64,000 nucleotides of DNA, from the NCBI GenBank assembly GCA_021787535.1, contig JAJYLR010000001.1, positions 383,687-447,686 on the forward strand. Direction: 5' to 3'. How positions within the stretch are numbered: position 1 is the stretch's first letter; every line of letters starts with the position of its first letter. The notes beneath the pieces were generated by a model that ran no database searches, was not told where the DNA came from, and saw only the letters and a program-made list of their open reading frames with translations. This DNA is from a bacterium. GTDB taxonomy: Bacteria; Patescibacteriota; CPR2; UBA1875; JAJYID01. Made by a program: the position numbers and the translations under genes. Positions 17,224 to 27,392 of this stretch are shown in pieces.

Positions 17224-17778
17224 ATGGCAGAAGAAGATGTAAAACAAGATGATACCCAAGAAGAAAAAGCTGAGGAAGTAAAAGAAGAAACTCCTGCGGC
17301 TGAAGAAAAAACAGAGGAAACGCCCAAAGAGGAGCCAAAAGCCGAGGAAAAGCCGGCTGAGGAGCCCAAAAAAGAGAAAAAAGAAGTAGAGGTGCCTAAA
17401 AAGTTTAAAGATCTCGTCAAAACTATCGAGGATATGAGCGTGCTTGAAATGGCAGAACTCGTAAAGGTTCTTGAAGAAAAGTTCGGTGTATCCGCAGCAG
17501 CTCCTGTAGCAGTTGCCGCTGCCCCGGCAGCAGGCGGTGCCGCAGCCGAGGAAACAGAAGAAAAGTCAGCTTACACTGTAGTTTTGACCGCTGCAGGATC
17601 AAATAAAATCGGCGCCATCAAGGCAGTCCGAGAGATCAACCAAGAACTTGGCTTAAAGGAAGCAAAAGATCTGGTAGACAATGCTCCAAAGACAGTTGCT
17701 GAAAACCTTAAGCCGGAAGATGCAAATGCTGCGAAAGAAAAACTTGAAGCAGCCGGCGCAACAGTTGAACTAAAATAG
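17224..17778 (+). CDS. rplL: 50S ribosomal protein L7/L12 with an N-terminal Glu/Lys/Pro-rich extension of about 58 aa
   Basis: Core '[30 protein letters not shown]…' aligns with the L12 N-terminal domain and hinge. The upstream ATG has a strong AAGGAG RBS. Confidence 0.85.
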   Translation: MAEEDVKQDDTQEEKAEEVKEETPAAEEKTEETPKEEPKAEEKPAEEPKKEKKEVEVPKKFKDLVKTIEDMSVLEMAELVKVLEEKFGVSAAAPVAVAAAPAAGGAAAEETEEKSAYTVVLTAAGSNKIGAIKAVREINQELGLKEAKDLVDNAPKTVAENLKPEDANAAKEKLEAAGATVELK

Positions 17779-17799
17779 TTTTTAACTTAAAACTTGGAT

Positions 17800-17834
17800 A
17801 AAGAGAGTACAAAATTTGCTCTCTTTATTTTTAT
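17800..17834 (+). terminator. Intrinsic terminator after rplL
   Basis: 'aaagagagtacaaaatttgctctcttt' followed by 'atttttat'. Confidence 0.6.
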
Positions 17835-17908
17835 ATTAGTTTATGCTATAATATAAAAAGGGTGTACATTTTTAAAAAATCGAGAATTCTTCTAAGGAGT
17901 GATTTCTA

Positions 17909-18703
17909 GTGCAAAGAATAGTTACGGCTGTAATAGGTTTGGCCATCATTATTCTATCACTGTTGGTCTCTGTACTTTGGGATTTGGCAGTTTGTATCGC
18001 CTTTATGATCGTTGCCAAAGAAGTTGGGATGATTCTAAAGAAAATAGGCCTTAAAGTGTCGCCTTTTTTTATGATGTTGACGGTGCCATGTTACATTCTT
18101 CCGGCTGTTTTTCTTCCTTTTCATACCACATTGGCAATCGGCACTACAGCTACCCTATTGCTTTACCTAATTGCTATAAGCGGCCTTGAAACAGGTTTTT
18201 CTGCCCAACTTCTTTTGGGTTTTGTTGTGGCAGCTATCTACCCTGCAGTTTTAGCAACTTTCCTGGTAGAAATGCGCTTTCAGAATACATCACTTTTGAT
18301 TTTTATGATGGCAATTGTATTCATTGGAGATGCGGCAGCACTCTATACTGGGCGTTATCTGACAAAGCGGGGTAAAGCGCATAAAATACCTAGGAAGTTA
18401 GGAGAACTAACAAGTCCGAATAAAACCTTTGAAGGTTTTGGCGCCGGACTGGTTGTCGCCGGAGTCATTATGCCGATTATATGTTACAAAATCGGCTTAA
18501 TCAACTTCTCTCCAGGCAAAGTAATCCTTATCGCCTTAGCTTTTTCAATATCCGGTATGCTTGGTGACCTTTTTGAGTCCTTCTTAAAAAGGAAAGCCGG
18601 AGTTAAAGACTCAGGGACCATCTTGCCCGGACATGGAGGAATGCTAGATCGATTTGATGCATTGCTCTTTGCTGCAGTTATCGGATGGATTTTGTTAGTT
18701 TAA
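17909..18703 (+). CDS. cdsA: Phosphatidate cytidylyltransferase
   Basis: C-terminal signature 'GDLFESFLKRKAGVKDSGTILPGHGGMLDRFDA'. GTG start with an AAGGAG RBS. Confidence 0.85.
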   Translation: MQRIVTAVIGLAIIILSLLVSVLWDLAVCIAFMIVAKEVGMILKKIGLKVSPFFMMLTVPCYILPAVFLPFHTTLAIGTTATLLLYLIAISGLETGFSAQLLLGFVVAAIYPAVLATFLVEMRFQNTSLLIFMMAIVFIGDAAALYTGRYLTKRGKAHKIPRKLGELTSPNKTFEGFGAGLVVAGVIMPIICYKIGLINFSPGKVILIALAFSISGMLGDLFESFLKRKAGVKDSGTILPGHGGMLDRFDALLFAAVIGWILLV

Positions 18704-18763
18704 ACAAGTGCAAAAGGGCCACTCTCTTAAGAGAGTGGCCCTAATCGTTTCCTTGTCTTACCA

Positions 18764-19450
18764 TTAGCTTATAGCATGAGTTATTTTCTTGATCATTACT
18801 ACCATCCAGCCGAAGGGACTCATCAGAATCCTTGTTGCACTTTGGATGGGGAATAAATCCCTTTTCCAAAGAACGATAGCAATTTTTAAACCATCTCGAG
18901 TATAAAAATAACTGGAGATTAGTGAAAAAACAAATGCTGTGATAATGATAGGACTGAGGGCAGGGATCTGAATTTCCTGAAAATTGATTCTAAAAAAGAA
19001 ATAAACTATTATCGCGATCATTTGCAGTGCTGTAGAACACTTGCCGACGCGATTTACATTGTTTATTCCCTTGATTTTTTCCAGGATAAATGATTCGCCA
19101 GATCTTTGTGCTATTCGATGAAGATATTTAAATCCTTGGCTTAGAAAAATATTTCTAAATATAATTGCCAAAAACAATATCTCTATAGCAACTGGTAATC
19201 CTCCAAAAATAATGAGGTAGATATAAATAAGTCCGATACTGAGAGCGTCAACTATCGGATCCCATTTCTTTCCCCACTCACTTTCGGTTTTGAATTTCCT
19301 TGCCAATCTGCCATCCAGGTCTGTCAGAAAACTGAAAAGTAAACAGATAAGCCCTATAGTAGGGATGTCCAGTAACTCAAAACTTATGCCGCAGAGGCAA
19401 AGGGGAACACGCAAAAAAGTTAAAATATTTGGAAGATTTCTTCTGACCAT
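18764..19450 (-). CDS. CDP-alcohol phosphatidyltransferase family protein (PgsA-like)
   Basis: 'DLDGRLARKFKTESEWGKKWDPIVD' matches D-x2-DG-x2-AR…G-x3-D-x3-D. Internal start MVRRNLPN has an AGGAGGTG RBS 7 nt upstream, so I prefer it over the 19546 start. Confidence 0.75.
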   Translation of the reverse strand: MVRRNLPNILTFLRVPLCLCGISFELLDIPTIGLICLLFSFLTDLDGRLARKFKTESEWGKKWDPIVDALSIGLIYIYLIIFGGLPVAIEILFLAIIFRNIFLSQGFKYLHRIAQRSGESFILEKIKGINNVNRVGKCSTALQMIAIIVYFFFRINFQEIQIPALSPIIITAFVFSLISSYFYTRDGLKIAIVLWKRDLFPIQSATRILMSPFGWMVVMIKKITHAIS

Positions 19451-19531
19451 CAGTCTCACCTCCTGTGTCAATGAACACCTTTGAGTCTCTATATTATATA
19501 TAAAGATCCGAAAATTAGCTATAATAAAGCA

Positions 19532-20680
19532 ATGAAGAAATTTCAATTTGAATTAAAAAATGAAGACGGGAATGCTAGGGTTGGTAAAATCACTACGGCG
19601 CATGGAGAGATAGAGACCCCTGTCTTTATGCCGGTTGGAACTCGGGGTTCAATCAAGACTGCTTCTCCCGATGAAGTGGCAGACCTTGGCGCGCAAATCA
19701 TCCTTGGAAATACCTACCATCTTTATTTGCGACCCGGTACGGATATTATTAAAAAGCATGGTGGACTTCATAAGTTTATGCAGTGGAAAGGGCCGATTCT
19801 GACAGATTCCGGCGGTTTTCAAGTCTTTTCCCTTGGTTTTGGTTCTAAAAACAGAAAAAATGAGCGGTTGGTAAAAATTAAAGAAGACGGTGTCGAGTTT
19901 CGTTCGCATATCGACGGTTCCAAACACTTCTTTACACCTGAAAATGTAATTCAAATGCAGAAAGAAATCGGCGCAGATATTATGATGGCATTTGATGAAT
20001 GCGCGCCGGCGGATGCAGACTATGATTATGCGCGTGAGGCAATGGAGAGAACTCACAGATGGGCCGACGAGTGTATAGCTGCCAATCAAAAAATTAAATC
20101 ATTATATGGTTATGATCAGGCGCTTTTTGGTATTGTGCAAGGAGTAATTTACAAAGATTTAAGAATTGAGTCAGCAAAGTTCATGGTCAGCCGCGACTTC
20201 GACGGTATTGCCATCGGCGGGCTCGCAGTCGGTGAGAGCGAAAAAGCAAGAAATGAAATGCTTGAGACTGTTATGCCTTATCTGCCAAAGGATAAACCCA
20301 GATATTTAATGGGAGTGGGTTTCCCTCAAGATATTCTGAACGCAGTTGAATGTGGGATAGACATGTTTGACTGCGTTTTACCGACACGGCTGGCAAGAAA
20401 CGGAACCCTTTGGACATATCAAGGGAAAATCAATCTTTTAAATACCAAATACTCTTGTGATTTGGATCCGATCGAGAAAAACTGCGATTGTTACGCTTGC
20501 CAAAATTTTTCCCGATCATATGTCGCTCATTTAATAAAAGAGGGGGAAATTTTAGGGATTCGTTTAACTACTATCCATAATTTACGTTTTATGATGAGAT
20601 TTATGCGTGACATTAGAAACTCTATTTCGGAAGGCAATTTTGACGGGTTTAAAAATAAATTTATCAGGAATTTTCTCTAA
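19532..20680 (+). CDS. tgt: Queuine tRNA-ribosyltransferase
   Basis: 'TPVFMPVGTRGS…LTDSGGFQ…', a zinc site 'CDCYAC', and a TIM-barrel TGT pattern. Start is probably MKKFQF (19532) rather than 19481. Confidence 0.85.
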   Translation: MKKFQFELKNEDGNARVGKITTAHGEIETPVFMPVGTRGSIKTASPDEVADLGAQIILGNTYHLYLRPGTDIIKKHGGLHKFMQWKGPILTDSGGFQVFSLGFGSKNRKNERLVKIKEDGVEFRSHIDGSKHFFTPENVIQMQKEIGADIMMAFDECAPADADYDYAREAMERTHRWADECIAANQKIKSLYGYDQALFGIVQGVIYKDLRIESAKFMVSRDFDGIAIGGLAVGESEKARNEMLETVMPYLPKDKPRYLMGVGFPQDILNAVECGIDMFDCVLPTRLARNGTLWTYQGKINLLNTKYSCDLDPIEKNCDCYACQNFSRSYVAHLIKEGEILGIRLTTIHNLRFMMRFMRDIRNSISEGNFDGFKNKFIRNFL

Positions 20681-20769
20681 AAAGTAGCAGAAAGACTTAA
20701 ATTGTGCTACAATTGTACATTGGTTGGAAAATATTTTCCTGAAACTTGACAATAGAAAGCAGGTGAGTA

Positions 20770-22452
20770 ATGAAAAGGGCCTTAGTCTTAGGCGGTGGAG
20801 CAATGTATGGTGCCTATGATCTAGGCGCCTTGAAAGTCTTCACTAAAGAAGGGATTGTTTTTAATACTGTATATGCTGGTTCATCAGGTGTTTTCCTTGC
20901 TGGATATTATGCTTCTGGGCAGATTATGGATTTCGAAAAGATATGGCTCGGGAGTTCTGTTAGAAAAATAATGAAGCTCTCGAATATCCTCAAGATAAAA
21001 AGAGTTATGACTTTAGACCCGATTATCGATGAAATCATAAACGGGAATCATTGCCTTAACCTAGAGGCAATGCTAGCGTCAGAAGTTGAACTTGTGTTCT
21101 CTCTCACGGAATACCCTACAGGAAACGCTCTCACGGTTTACCCAAAGGACTGGCCAGACTTGATATATAAGATTATGGAAGCTTCAGCTGCTCTATATCC
21201 TTTTGTATCTCCGGTCGAAATTAAAGAAAAAAAATATATAGATGGGACTCTGAGTATCCCAGTTCTTCTATCAAGAGCTCTTGAAGACGGACATGACGAG
21301 GTGGTTCTTCTTCAAAATAAACCGCTCAAGAGAGGGGATTATGACAAATTCTGGTCTTTATCTTCTTATCTCTCACCAATTTTCTCGGAAGGTATTGAGA
21401 ATCTGATCAGGACTTATCCTGAAAGAAGAGATCGAGAACTTGACCTAAGAAGTAAAGCACAGTTGCTTTGTCCTAATTCCAGACTCCCTCTCAAACATTT
21501 TCTCGATACAGATTTAATACGGCTAGAAAGAAGCATGAGAATTGGTAGTCGAGATGCTCGATTTTTCATCAAGGAAGAAATTCCTCCGTTCAGAAAAAAG
21601 ATGAAAATTAACAAGAGGTATATTCGTAAAATCAAAAAGGAATTTTATGGATATATTCTCGGCAATAAAACAAGGAGGAAGAAATATCGCGGATACTACA
21701 GAGCACTGAGAAGCTACAAGTTCATCTCACTTAGTTTCAAAAGAGGCAATCTTATAGAGCTGTTTAATATCGCTATGAGATTATCAGATGATATTGCTGA
21801 CGGAGACTTAAGATTGCCTAAGGGTTATGCTACTTCAGCAGATTTTCTGGAAGAAAAGATTGCCTTCCTCGATGATCTGAGTGATCCTAGGGACAAAATT
21901 GAGGTACTGTTAGTATATTGCCATCAAATAGCTCTCAGTCTTGGTTTTGATATAATCGAGGAAGCCAGACAAATCCTTACCTCTCTTTTGTTTGATGCCA
22001 AAAGAAGGGAATCCTCTGAAGTTTTTCCTGATAAGATATTGCATGAAAACTTTCATAGGCTGGATATTGAGGGTGCTATTAGTGGCACGGTTAAAATTAT
22101 GAAAGGAGAAAAGGACCTAATACCGAAAGTTATTCCGCTTGGCTACGCAAGTAGAATCTACTACAATCTCAGAGATTACGAAGATGACATCGCGGCGGGA
22201 TTAATAAATATCTCAGCTGAAGACTGTGAACGTCTCGGGATTCCCATGGATTCCACTAAACTAAACGATCGCTTTACCAAATCAGTGAGAGTCTGGTTTG
22301 AAGAACAGGCAATCCTTGGTCTTAACTTGATAGAGGATTATAAAACGCGCATGAAGGGAGAAAAGCTCTCTAGAACCGTTCGCATTTCCTTAAATGGTTT
22401 TGAGGTGAAAGCAGGATCGTACCTTAAAAAAGTCTTAGAGGGTTCTTTGTGA
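20770..22452 (+). CDS. Fusion protein: N-terminal patatin-like phospholipase plus C-terminal squalene/phytoene-synthase-like domain
   Basis: Patatin motifs GGGAMYG, AGSSG (A/GxSxG) and DGT. C-terminal 'AMRLSDDIADGD' (DDxxD) and 'YYNLRDYEDDIAAG…SAEDCERLGI' (NxxRDxxxD…G) match the SQS_PSY motifs. Confidence 0.6.
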   Translation: MKRALVLGGGAMYGAYDLGALKVFTKEGIVFNTVYAGSSGVFLAGYYASGQIMDFEKIWLGSSVRKIMKLSNILKIKRVMTLDPIIDEIINGNHCLNLEAMLASEVELVFSLTEYPTGNALTVYPKDWPDLIYKIMEASAALYPFVSPVEIKEKKYIDGTLSIPVLLSRALEDGHDEVVLLQNKPLKRGDYDKFWSLSSYLSPIFSEGIENLIRTYPERRDRELDLRSKAQLLCPNSRLPLKHFLDTDLIRLERSMRIGSRDARFFIKEEIPPFRKKMKINKRYIRKIKKEFYGYILGNKTRRKKYRGYYRALRSYKFISLSFKRGNLIELFNIAMRLSDDIADGDLRLPKGYATSADFLEEKIAFLDDLSDPRDKIEVLLVYCHQIALSLGFDIIEEARQILTSLLFDAKRRESSEVFPDKILHENFHRLDIEGAISGTVKIMKGEKDLIPKVIPLGYASRIYYNLRDYEDDIAAGLINISAEDCERLGIPMDSTKLNDRFTKSVRVWFEEQAILGLNLIEDYKTRMKGEKLSRTVRISLNGFEVKAGSYLKKVLEGSL

Positions 22453-22477
22453 GGAGGCACAGAGAACCCTATTTTTA

Positions 22478-22507
22478 TTGACAAGCATATTAGGTTTCAG
22501 CTAATAT
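22478..22507 (+). promoter_or_regulatory. Sigma70-type promoter (TTGACA, 18 nt spacer, TAATAT)
   Basis: Seen directly, upstream of the 22574 ORF. Confidence 0.5.
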
Positions 22508-22573
22508 GAAAACATAAAATCCTTCTACTTTAAAGCTATGAATGGCAGACAAAAATAAAAAGGAAAAATAAAA

Positions 22574-23530
22574 ATGAAAGAGGATAAAAGGATAAAACAA
22601 ATACAAAAATTGCTCGATGTCGCCGAAGGCAACCTGCATTCAGCCAGAAATTTATTTTTAGATATTTTAGGAGAAGATAAGACAGGTAGGGTCGATCATA
22701 AAGAGTCGGCTCGCGACCTGTCTATTTCAGACGAAGGGAAAATAATAGAAGGCATCTTCGACGGAGAGCAGATGATGTCACCAGATGGTAAAAAATATCC
22801 AGTACCTGCAAACTACGCTTCGAAATCGAAGCTTGTCGAGGGTGATACTTTGAAGCTCACAATTGCCGAAAATGGCTCTCTTCTTTACAAACAGATCAAA
22901 CCGGTAGAGCGAAAAAACCTAATTGGAAGCTTGGTATATGAAAATGGCAGCTACTCAGTCCTCGCAGAAGGGAAGAAATATCATATTCTTTTTGCCTCTG
23001 TTACTTATTATAAGGGTGAACAGGGAAATCAAGCTTCTATCATAGTGCCGGCTGATCAACCAAGTACTTGGGCTGCGCTGGATTCCATTATTCACGATCA
23101 TCATAAGAGTATGGAAAATCCAAAAAAAGACAAACAGTCGGAGGGAAAGGCAGAAAAGGGAGTTAAAGAAAAGGAAGAGGCAGATCAGTTAGAGTTGCCG
23201 GAAGAAAATAAAGAAATTTTAGAAGAGGTTAAGGAAAGATATTTAGATGATAAAACCCAACCTAAAGAATCCAAAGATGGAGGTCATAATTTAGAAAGTC
23301 CAGAAAAGGCAGGGGGCGAGAAAGATATTGAGTCCAAGCAAGAGAATATAAAAACTCAAACACCTAAAAAAACAGTTAGTGAACCAGCTGATGAACATCT
23401 AAGTATTAAAAGTAATCCTTCCCCTTTTCTCGAGGAGAAAAGGGATGATGAAATAGAGGAGAAGAACTCTTTAGGTGAAGATTCCCCAAACGATTCTAAT
23501 CCTGAAAATGTCAGAGAATTAGAGATTTAG
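22574..23530 (+). CDS. Hypothetical protein with an acidic, probably disordered, C-terminal half
   Basis: No recognisable motifs. Lys/Glu/Asp-rich tail. Confidence 0.5.
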   Translation: MKEDKRIKQIQKLLDVAEGNLHSARNLFLDILGEDKTGRVDHKESARDLSISDEGKIIEGIFDGEQMMSPDGKKYPVPANYASKSKLVEGDTLKLTIAENGSLLYKQIKPVERKNLIGSLVYENGSYSVLAEGKKYHILFASVTYYKGEQGNQASIIVPADQPSTWAALDSIIHDHHKSMENPKKDKQSEGKAEKGVKEKEEADQLELPEENKEILEEVKERYLDDKTQPKESKDGGHNLESPEKAGGEKDIESKQENIKTQTPKKTVSEPADEHLSIKSNPSPFLEEKRDDEIEEKNSLGEDSPNDSNPENVRELEI

Positions 23531-24303
23531 TGAGTTTCTATACCTCTAATCTTTATATCTGATTTGTAAATTTCAGATTTAATATTTTCGTTGTATAAAT
23601 TAAGCATGTCTTTATTTTGTATAATTTTCGAGCTTTCAGGGTAATTACTTTTTAAAATTTCTTTAAATTCTTCGCCTGCACCCTTTAAGTTTATAAATTC
23701 AAACCAGTAGAAGTCAGCGTGATCCTTTGTGTCTTTCATAACTTTATCTAAATCAAATACATCAGGAATTATTGGACTGACAAAAGCGTAAGTTCTAATG
23801 CCTGATTTTTTTAATTTTTTCATTGCTTCGACTCTTTTAATATTTTCGGGTGAATTCGGTTCGAAAAGCTGCTGATCCTTTCCTTGAAATGAGTTAATGG
23901 TAAAGCCCACTTCAATATTTTTAAATTGCTTCAATAAATCCAAGTCTCTTAAGACCAAATCCGACTTCGTTAAGATAGAAAGATCCGTATTTTTATCCAG
24001 ATTTTCCAGGACTTTTCTTGTCAGCTTGAGTTCCTTTTCAGCTGGCTGATATGCATCGCTCACAGAACTCATAAATACTTTTCCGGAAATCTTCCTGCCC
24101 CTCACTAGATCTGGCGCATTTATTTTCGCTTCTATCCACGTACCCCAGTTACCGTATCCTTTCCATCTTGATATAAATTTGGCATAGCAATATGTGCAGC
24201 CATGAGAACATCCGACATACTGGTTTATAACGTAATCAGCTCCCGGCAGATTTGTCTTTGTAAAGATCTCTTTGGCTTTTGTTTTGATGATTTTTTGTTT
24301 CAT
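23527..24303 (-). CDS. Radical SAM protein of the spore-photoproduct-lyase-like (SplB/COG1533) family
   Basis: 'INQYVGCSHGCTYCYAKF' is the CxxxCxxC cluster in the xGCxHxCxYCY context. Confidence 0.65.
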   Translation of the reverse strand: MKQKIIKTKAKEIFTKTNLPGADYVINQYVGCSHGCTYCYAKFISRWKGYGNWGTWIEAKINAPDLVRGRKISGKVFMSSVSDAYQPAEKELKLTRKVLENLDKNTDLSILTKSDLVLRDLDLLKQFKNIEVGFTINSFQGKDQQLFEPNSPENIKRVEAMKKLKKSGIRTYAFVSPIIPDVFDLDKVMKDTKDHADFYWFEFINLKGAGEEFKEILKSNYPESSKIIQNKDMLNLYNENIKSEIYKSDIKIRGIETH

Positions 24304-24465
24304 AGTTTTAATTTACATGGTTTTTAGGAAAATAAAAGTATACAAAATCCTTTGTCCACAGAAAAATCTGATTTATGAACATCTAAGCCACACAAATCGC
24401 CCTTAAACTTGATGAAAATAAGGTTTATACTGTATTTACTTTAGAACAAAAGAAAGGATTTTATC

Positions 24466-25953
24466 TTGGCAAGAGTGGCGCTATATAGAAAATACAGGCC
24501 GCAAAACTTCAATGAGGTTTTGGGTCAGGTATCAGCTATGAAGATATTGGAAAATGCCGTTAAATCTTCAAGTTTTTCGCATGCTTATATTTTCTGCGGA
24601 CCAAGGGGCATCGGCAAAACTTCGGTGGCGAGGATTATGGCAAAAGCGGTCAACTGCAAAAACCCAAAAGATGGTAATCCCTGCAATCAATGTGAAGCTT
24701 GTAAATCAATAAGCGAGCAGACAGCTCTGGATATTATAGAAATCGATGCGGCATCAAACCGCGGAATTGACGAGATCCGGGATCTGCGGGAAAAAGTTAA
24801 GTTTTCTCCAAGCGAACTCAAATATAAAGTTTTTATTATTGACGAAGTGCATATGCTGACAAAAGAGGCCTTTAATGCGCTTCTAAAGACACTGGAAGAG
24901 CCGCCGGAACATGCGCTTTTTATCATGGCTACAACTGAGATACATAAAATACCGGCAACAGTTATCTCCAGATGCCAGAGATTCGATTTTCAGAGAATAT
25001 CTAATGCTGAGCTCACAAAGGGATTGGCCGATATCGCCAAAAAAGAGGAAATAAAGGTAGACAGCGAGGCGATTTCGGTAATAGCTAAGGCAAGCGAAGG
25101 CGGTTTTCGCGACGCGATTTCTATTCTTGACCAGATTTCCGCACACACAAATCAAAGTAAAAAAATAGAAAAAGACGATGTATTTGACCTGTTTGGACTA
25201 GTTGGCAATGATAAAGTAGACAAACTTATAAATATGATTGAAGCCGGTAAGAAAAAGAAATCACTAGAGTTTTTATCAGAACTTTTAGAGCAAGGAGCAG
25301 ATATTGGACAGCTAACAAAAGGATTGCTGGTTCAGTATCAGAATTCCATGAAAAAAGAATTGAACGATAAGGAAAAACTATCAAAGTGTGTTAGTGCGAT
25401 CGAGATATTAAGCGACACAAACAAAAGCTTTAAACATGCTCTGTATCCGCAACTATCGCTTGAAGTTGCTGTTTTAAAAATAATTGATATTTTCGGCGAA
25501 GATTCCTCTAAAGCCATCCGTAGGGAAAACGATGATAATAGTGAAGAAAAGACAGAAAAAATAAGTAATAAACCCGAGAAACAAAAAAGCAATCATAAAA
25601 AAAATAATCCCGATTTGAAATGGGAAGAAGTGCTCTGCGAAATTAAATCCAAAAACAACTCGATTCACGCTTTTGTCAAAGAGTCTGATCCGGTGATAAG
25701 AGGCGAGGAAATCCATCTTATTTTCCCTTACAAATTTCATAAAGAAAGAATTGAGGACAGAAAAAATAAAAAGATAGTCGAGGAGGCGATCGCCAAGGTC
25801 AGCGGCCAGACTTATAATATTATCTGCAAGATTGGAGACATAAAAAATAAACCGGAGCCGGAGCAAGAAATCAGTGAAAAGAATTCCGCCGAAGAAGACA
25901 AAGATACAAATATTAATGAGATTCTCGACGTTTTAGGGGGAGAACTTATCTAG
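24466..25953 (+). CDS. dnaX: DNA polymerase III subunit gamma/tau
   Basis: AAA+ 'GPRGIGKTS', a zinc module CNQCEAC, and an SRC motif. Confidence 0.9.
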   Translation: MARVALYRKYRPQNFNEVLGQVSAMKILENAVKSSSFSHAYIFCGPRGIGKTSVARIMAKAVNCKNPKDGNPCNQCEACKSISEQTALDIIEIDAASNRGIDEIRDLREKVKFSPSELKYKVFIIDEVHMLTKEAFNALLKTLEEPPEHALFIMATTEIHKIPATVISRCQRFDFQRISNAELTKGLADIAKKEEIKVDSEAISVIAKASEGGFRDAISILDQISAHTNQSKKIEKDDVFDLFGLVGNDKVDKLINMIEAGKKKKSLEFLSELLEQGADIGQLTKGLLVQYQNSMKKELNDKEKLSKCVSAIEILSDTNKSFKHALYPQLSLEVAVLKIIDIFGEDSSKAIRRENDDNSEEKTEKISNKPEKQKSNHKKNNPDLKWEEVLCEIKSKNNSIHAFVKESDPVIRGEEIHLIFPYKFHKERIEDRKNKKIVEEAIAKVSGQTYNIICKIGDIKNKPEPEQEISEKNSAEEDKDTNINEILDVLGGELI

Positions 25954-25993
25954 ATATTTTTAAAAAATTAGAGGAGGGGTAGGAGAATTAAAA

Positions 25994-27334
25994 ATGGCTG
26001 AAGAAATCAAAGGACGAAAACCGCCTCAAAATGAAGAAGCGGAAGTGTCAGTTCTGGGTTCGATACTGCTGGAAAAAGACGCAATTATTAAAGTTGCGGA
26101 CATCATTATGCCTGAAGATTTTTATAATGATGCGCATAAGCTAATCTACACAAGCATGCTAGAGCTTTTTGAGCGCCATCAGCCGATTGATCTTGTAACT
26201 TTAACGAATAAACTGCGCGAAAAAAAGATTTTAGATTCAGTCGGCGGAGCAGCTTATATTTCCGATCTTGTAAACTCCGTACCCTCGGCAGCAAATATCG
26301 TTCATTATGCAAAGATTATTGCCGATAAAGCGCTTCTTCGAAAGCTGATAGAATCGTCAAATGACATTACAAACCTTGCATATGAAGAAAAGGAAGAGAC
26401 TTCCAGAGTTTTAGATAAGGCAGAACAAAAAATCTTTAAAGTCGCAGAGAAGCATCTGAAAGGCAAATTTATTGCGATCAAAAGCATTTTGGAGGAATCT
26501 TTTGAAAGAATTGATGAACTTCACAAAGATAAAGACAAGCTTCGCGGCGTGCCCACTGGCTTTAAAGAACTTGATAATATTTTAGCGGGACTTCAGCCAA
26601 GCGATCTGATTATCCTCGCCGCCAGGCCTTCGGTCGGTAAAACATCGTTAGCTTTAAATATTGCCCAGCATGTTGCTCGAAAAGAAGGTATTGCAACCGC
26701 TCTCTTCTCATTAGAAATGTCTAAGGAGCAGTTAGTTGATCGGCTGCTTGCCTCAGAGGCAAAAGTTGACAGCTGGAAACTTCGTACCGGTAATCTCGAT
26801 GATGATGATTTTCCAAAAATTGGTCGGGCGATGGCTGCGCTATCTGAAGCTCCTTTCTTTATTGATGACTCCCCGCTTATTAATGTTCTGGAAATGCGTA
26901 CTAAAGCCAGACGGCTGCAAGCGGAGAAGGGGCTTGGGCTTGTAATTGTTGATTATCTTCAACTAATGCAAGGCGGAAACAGTGAAAATAGAGTCCAGGA
27001 AATTTCAGAAATTTCAAGGTCCTTAAAAGGATTGGCCCGTGAACTTTCAGTGCCAATTATAGCGCTATCTCAGCTATCTAGAGCGGTAGAAGCACGTCCG
27101 GATAAAAGACCAATACTTTCAGATCTCAGAGAATCGGGCTCTATCGAACAGGATGCAGACGTTGTGATGTTCATTTATAGAGATGAACTCTATAATCCAG
27201 AAACAGAGAAAAAAGGAGTTTCGGAGATTATTATCAGAAAACACAGAAACGGTCCTATCGGCAGCGTTGATCTCTTTTTCCATCAAGAGCAAACAGCTTT
27301 TAGGAGTTTGGACAAAAAACACCCGGTTCAATAA
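25994..27334 (+). CDS. dnaB: Replicative DNA helicase DnaB
   Basis: N-terminal 'PPQNEEAEVSVLGSILL' and Walker A 'ARPSVGKTS'. RecA-like C-terminal domain. Confidence 0.95.
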   Translation: MAEEIKGRKPPQNEEAEVSVLGSILLEKDAIIKVADIIMPEDFYNDAHKLIYTSMLELFERHQPIDLVTLTNKLREKKILDSVGGAAYISDLVNSVPSAANIVHYAKIIADKALLRKLIESSNDITNLAYEEKEETSRVLDKAEQKIFKVAEKHLKGKFIAIKSILEESFERIDELHKDKDKLRGVPTGFKELDNILAGLQPSDLIILAARPSVGKTSLALNIAQHVARKEGIATALFSLEMSKEQLVDRLLASEAKVDSWKLRTGNLDDDDFPKIGRAMAALSEAPFFIDDSPLINVLEMRTKARRLQAEKGLGLVIVDYLQLMQGGNSENRVQEISEISRSLKGLARELSVPIIALSQLSRAVEARPDKRPILSDLRESGSIEQDADVVMFIYRDELYNPETEKKGVSEIIIRKHRNGPIGSVDLFFHQEQTAFRSLDKKHPVQ

Positions 27335-27344
27335 ATAAGAAATA

Positions 27345-27375
27345 CAAAAACCCCGGATTTTCCGGGGTTTTGTTT
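27345..27375. terminator. Bidirectional intrinsic terminator between dnaB and the convergent sigma factor gene
   Basis: 'aaaaaccccggattttccggggttttgtttt'. Confidence 0.7.
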
Positions 27376-27392
27376 TATCACATCAAAAATCT

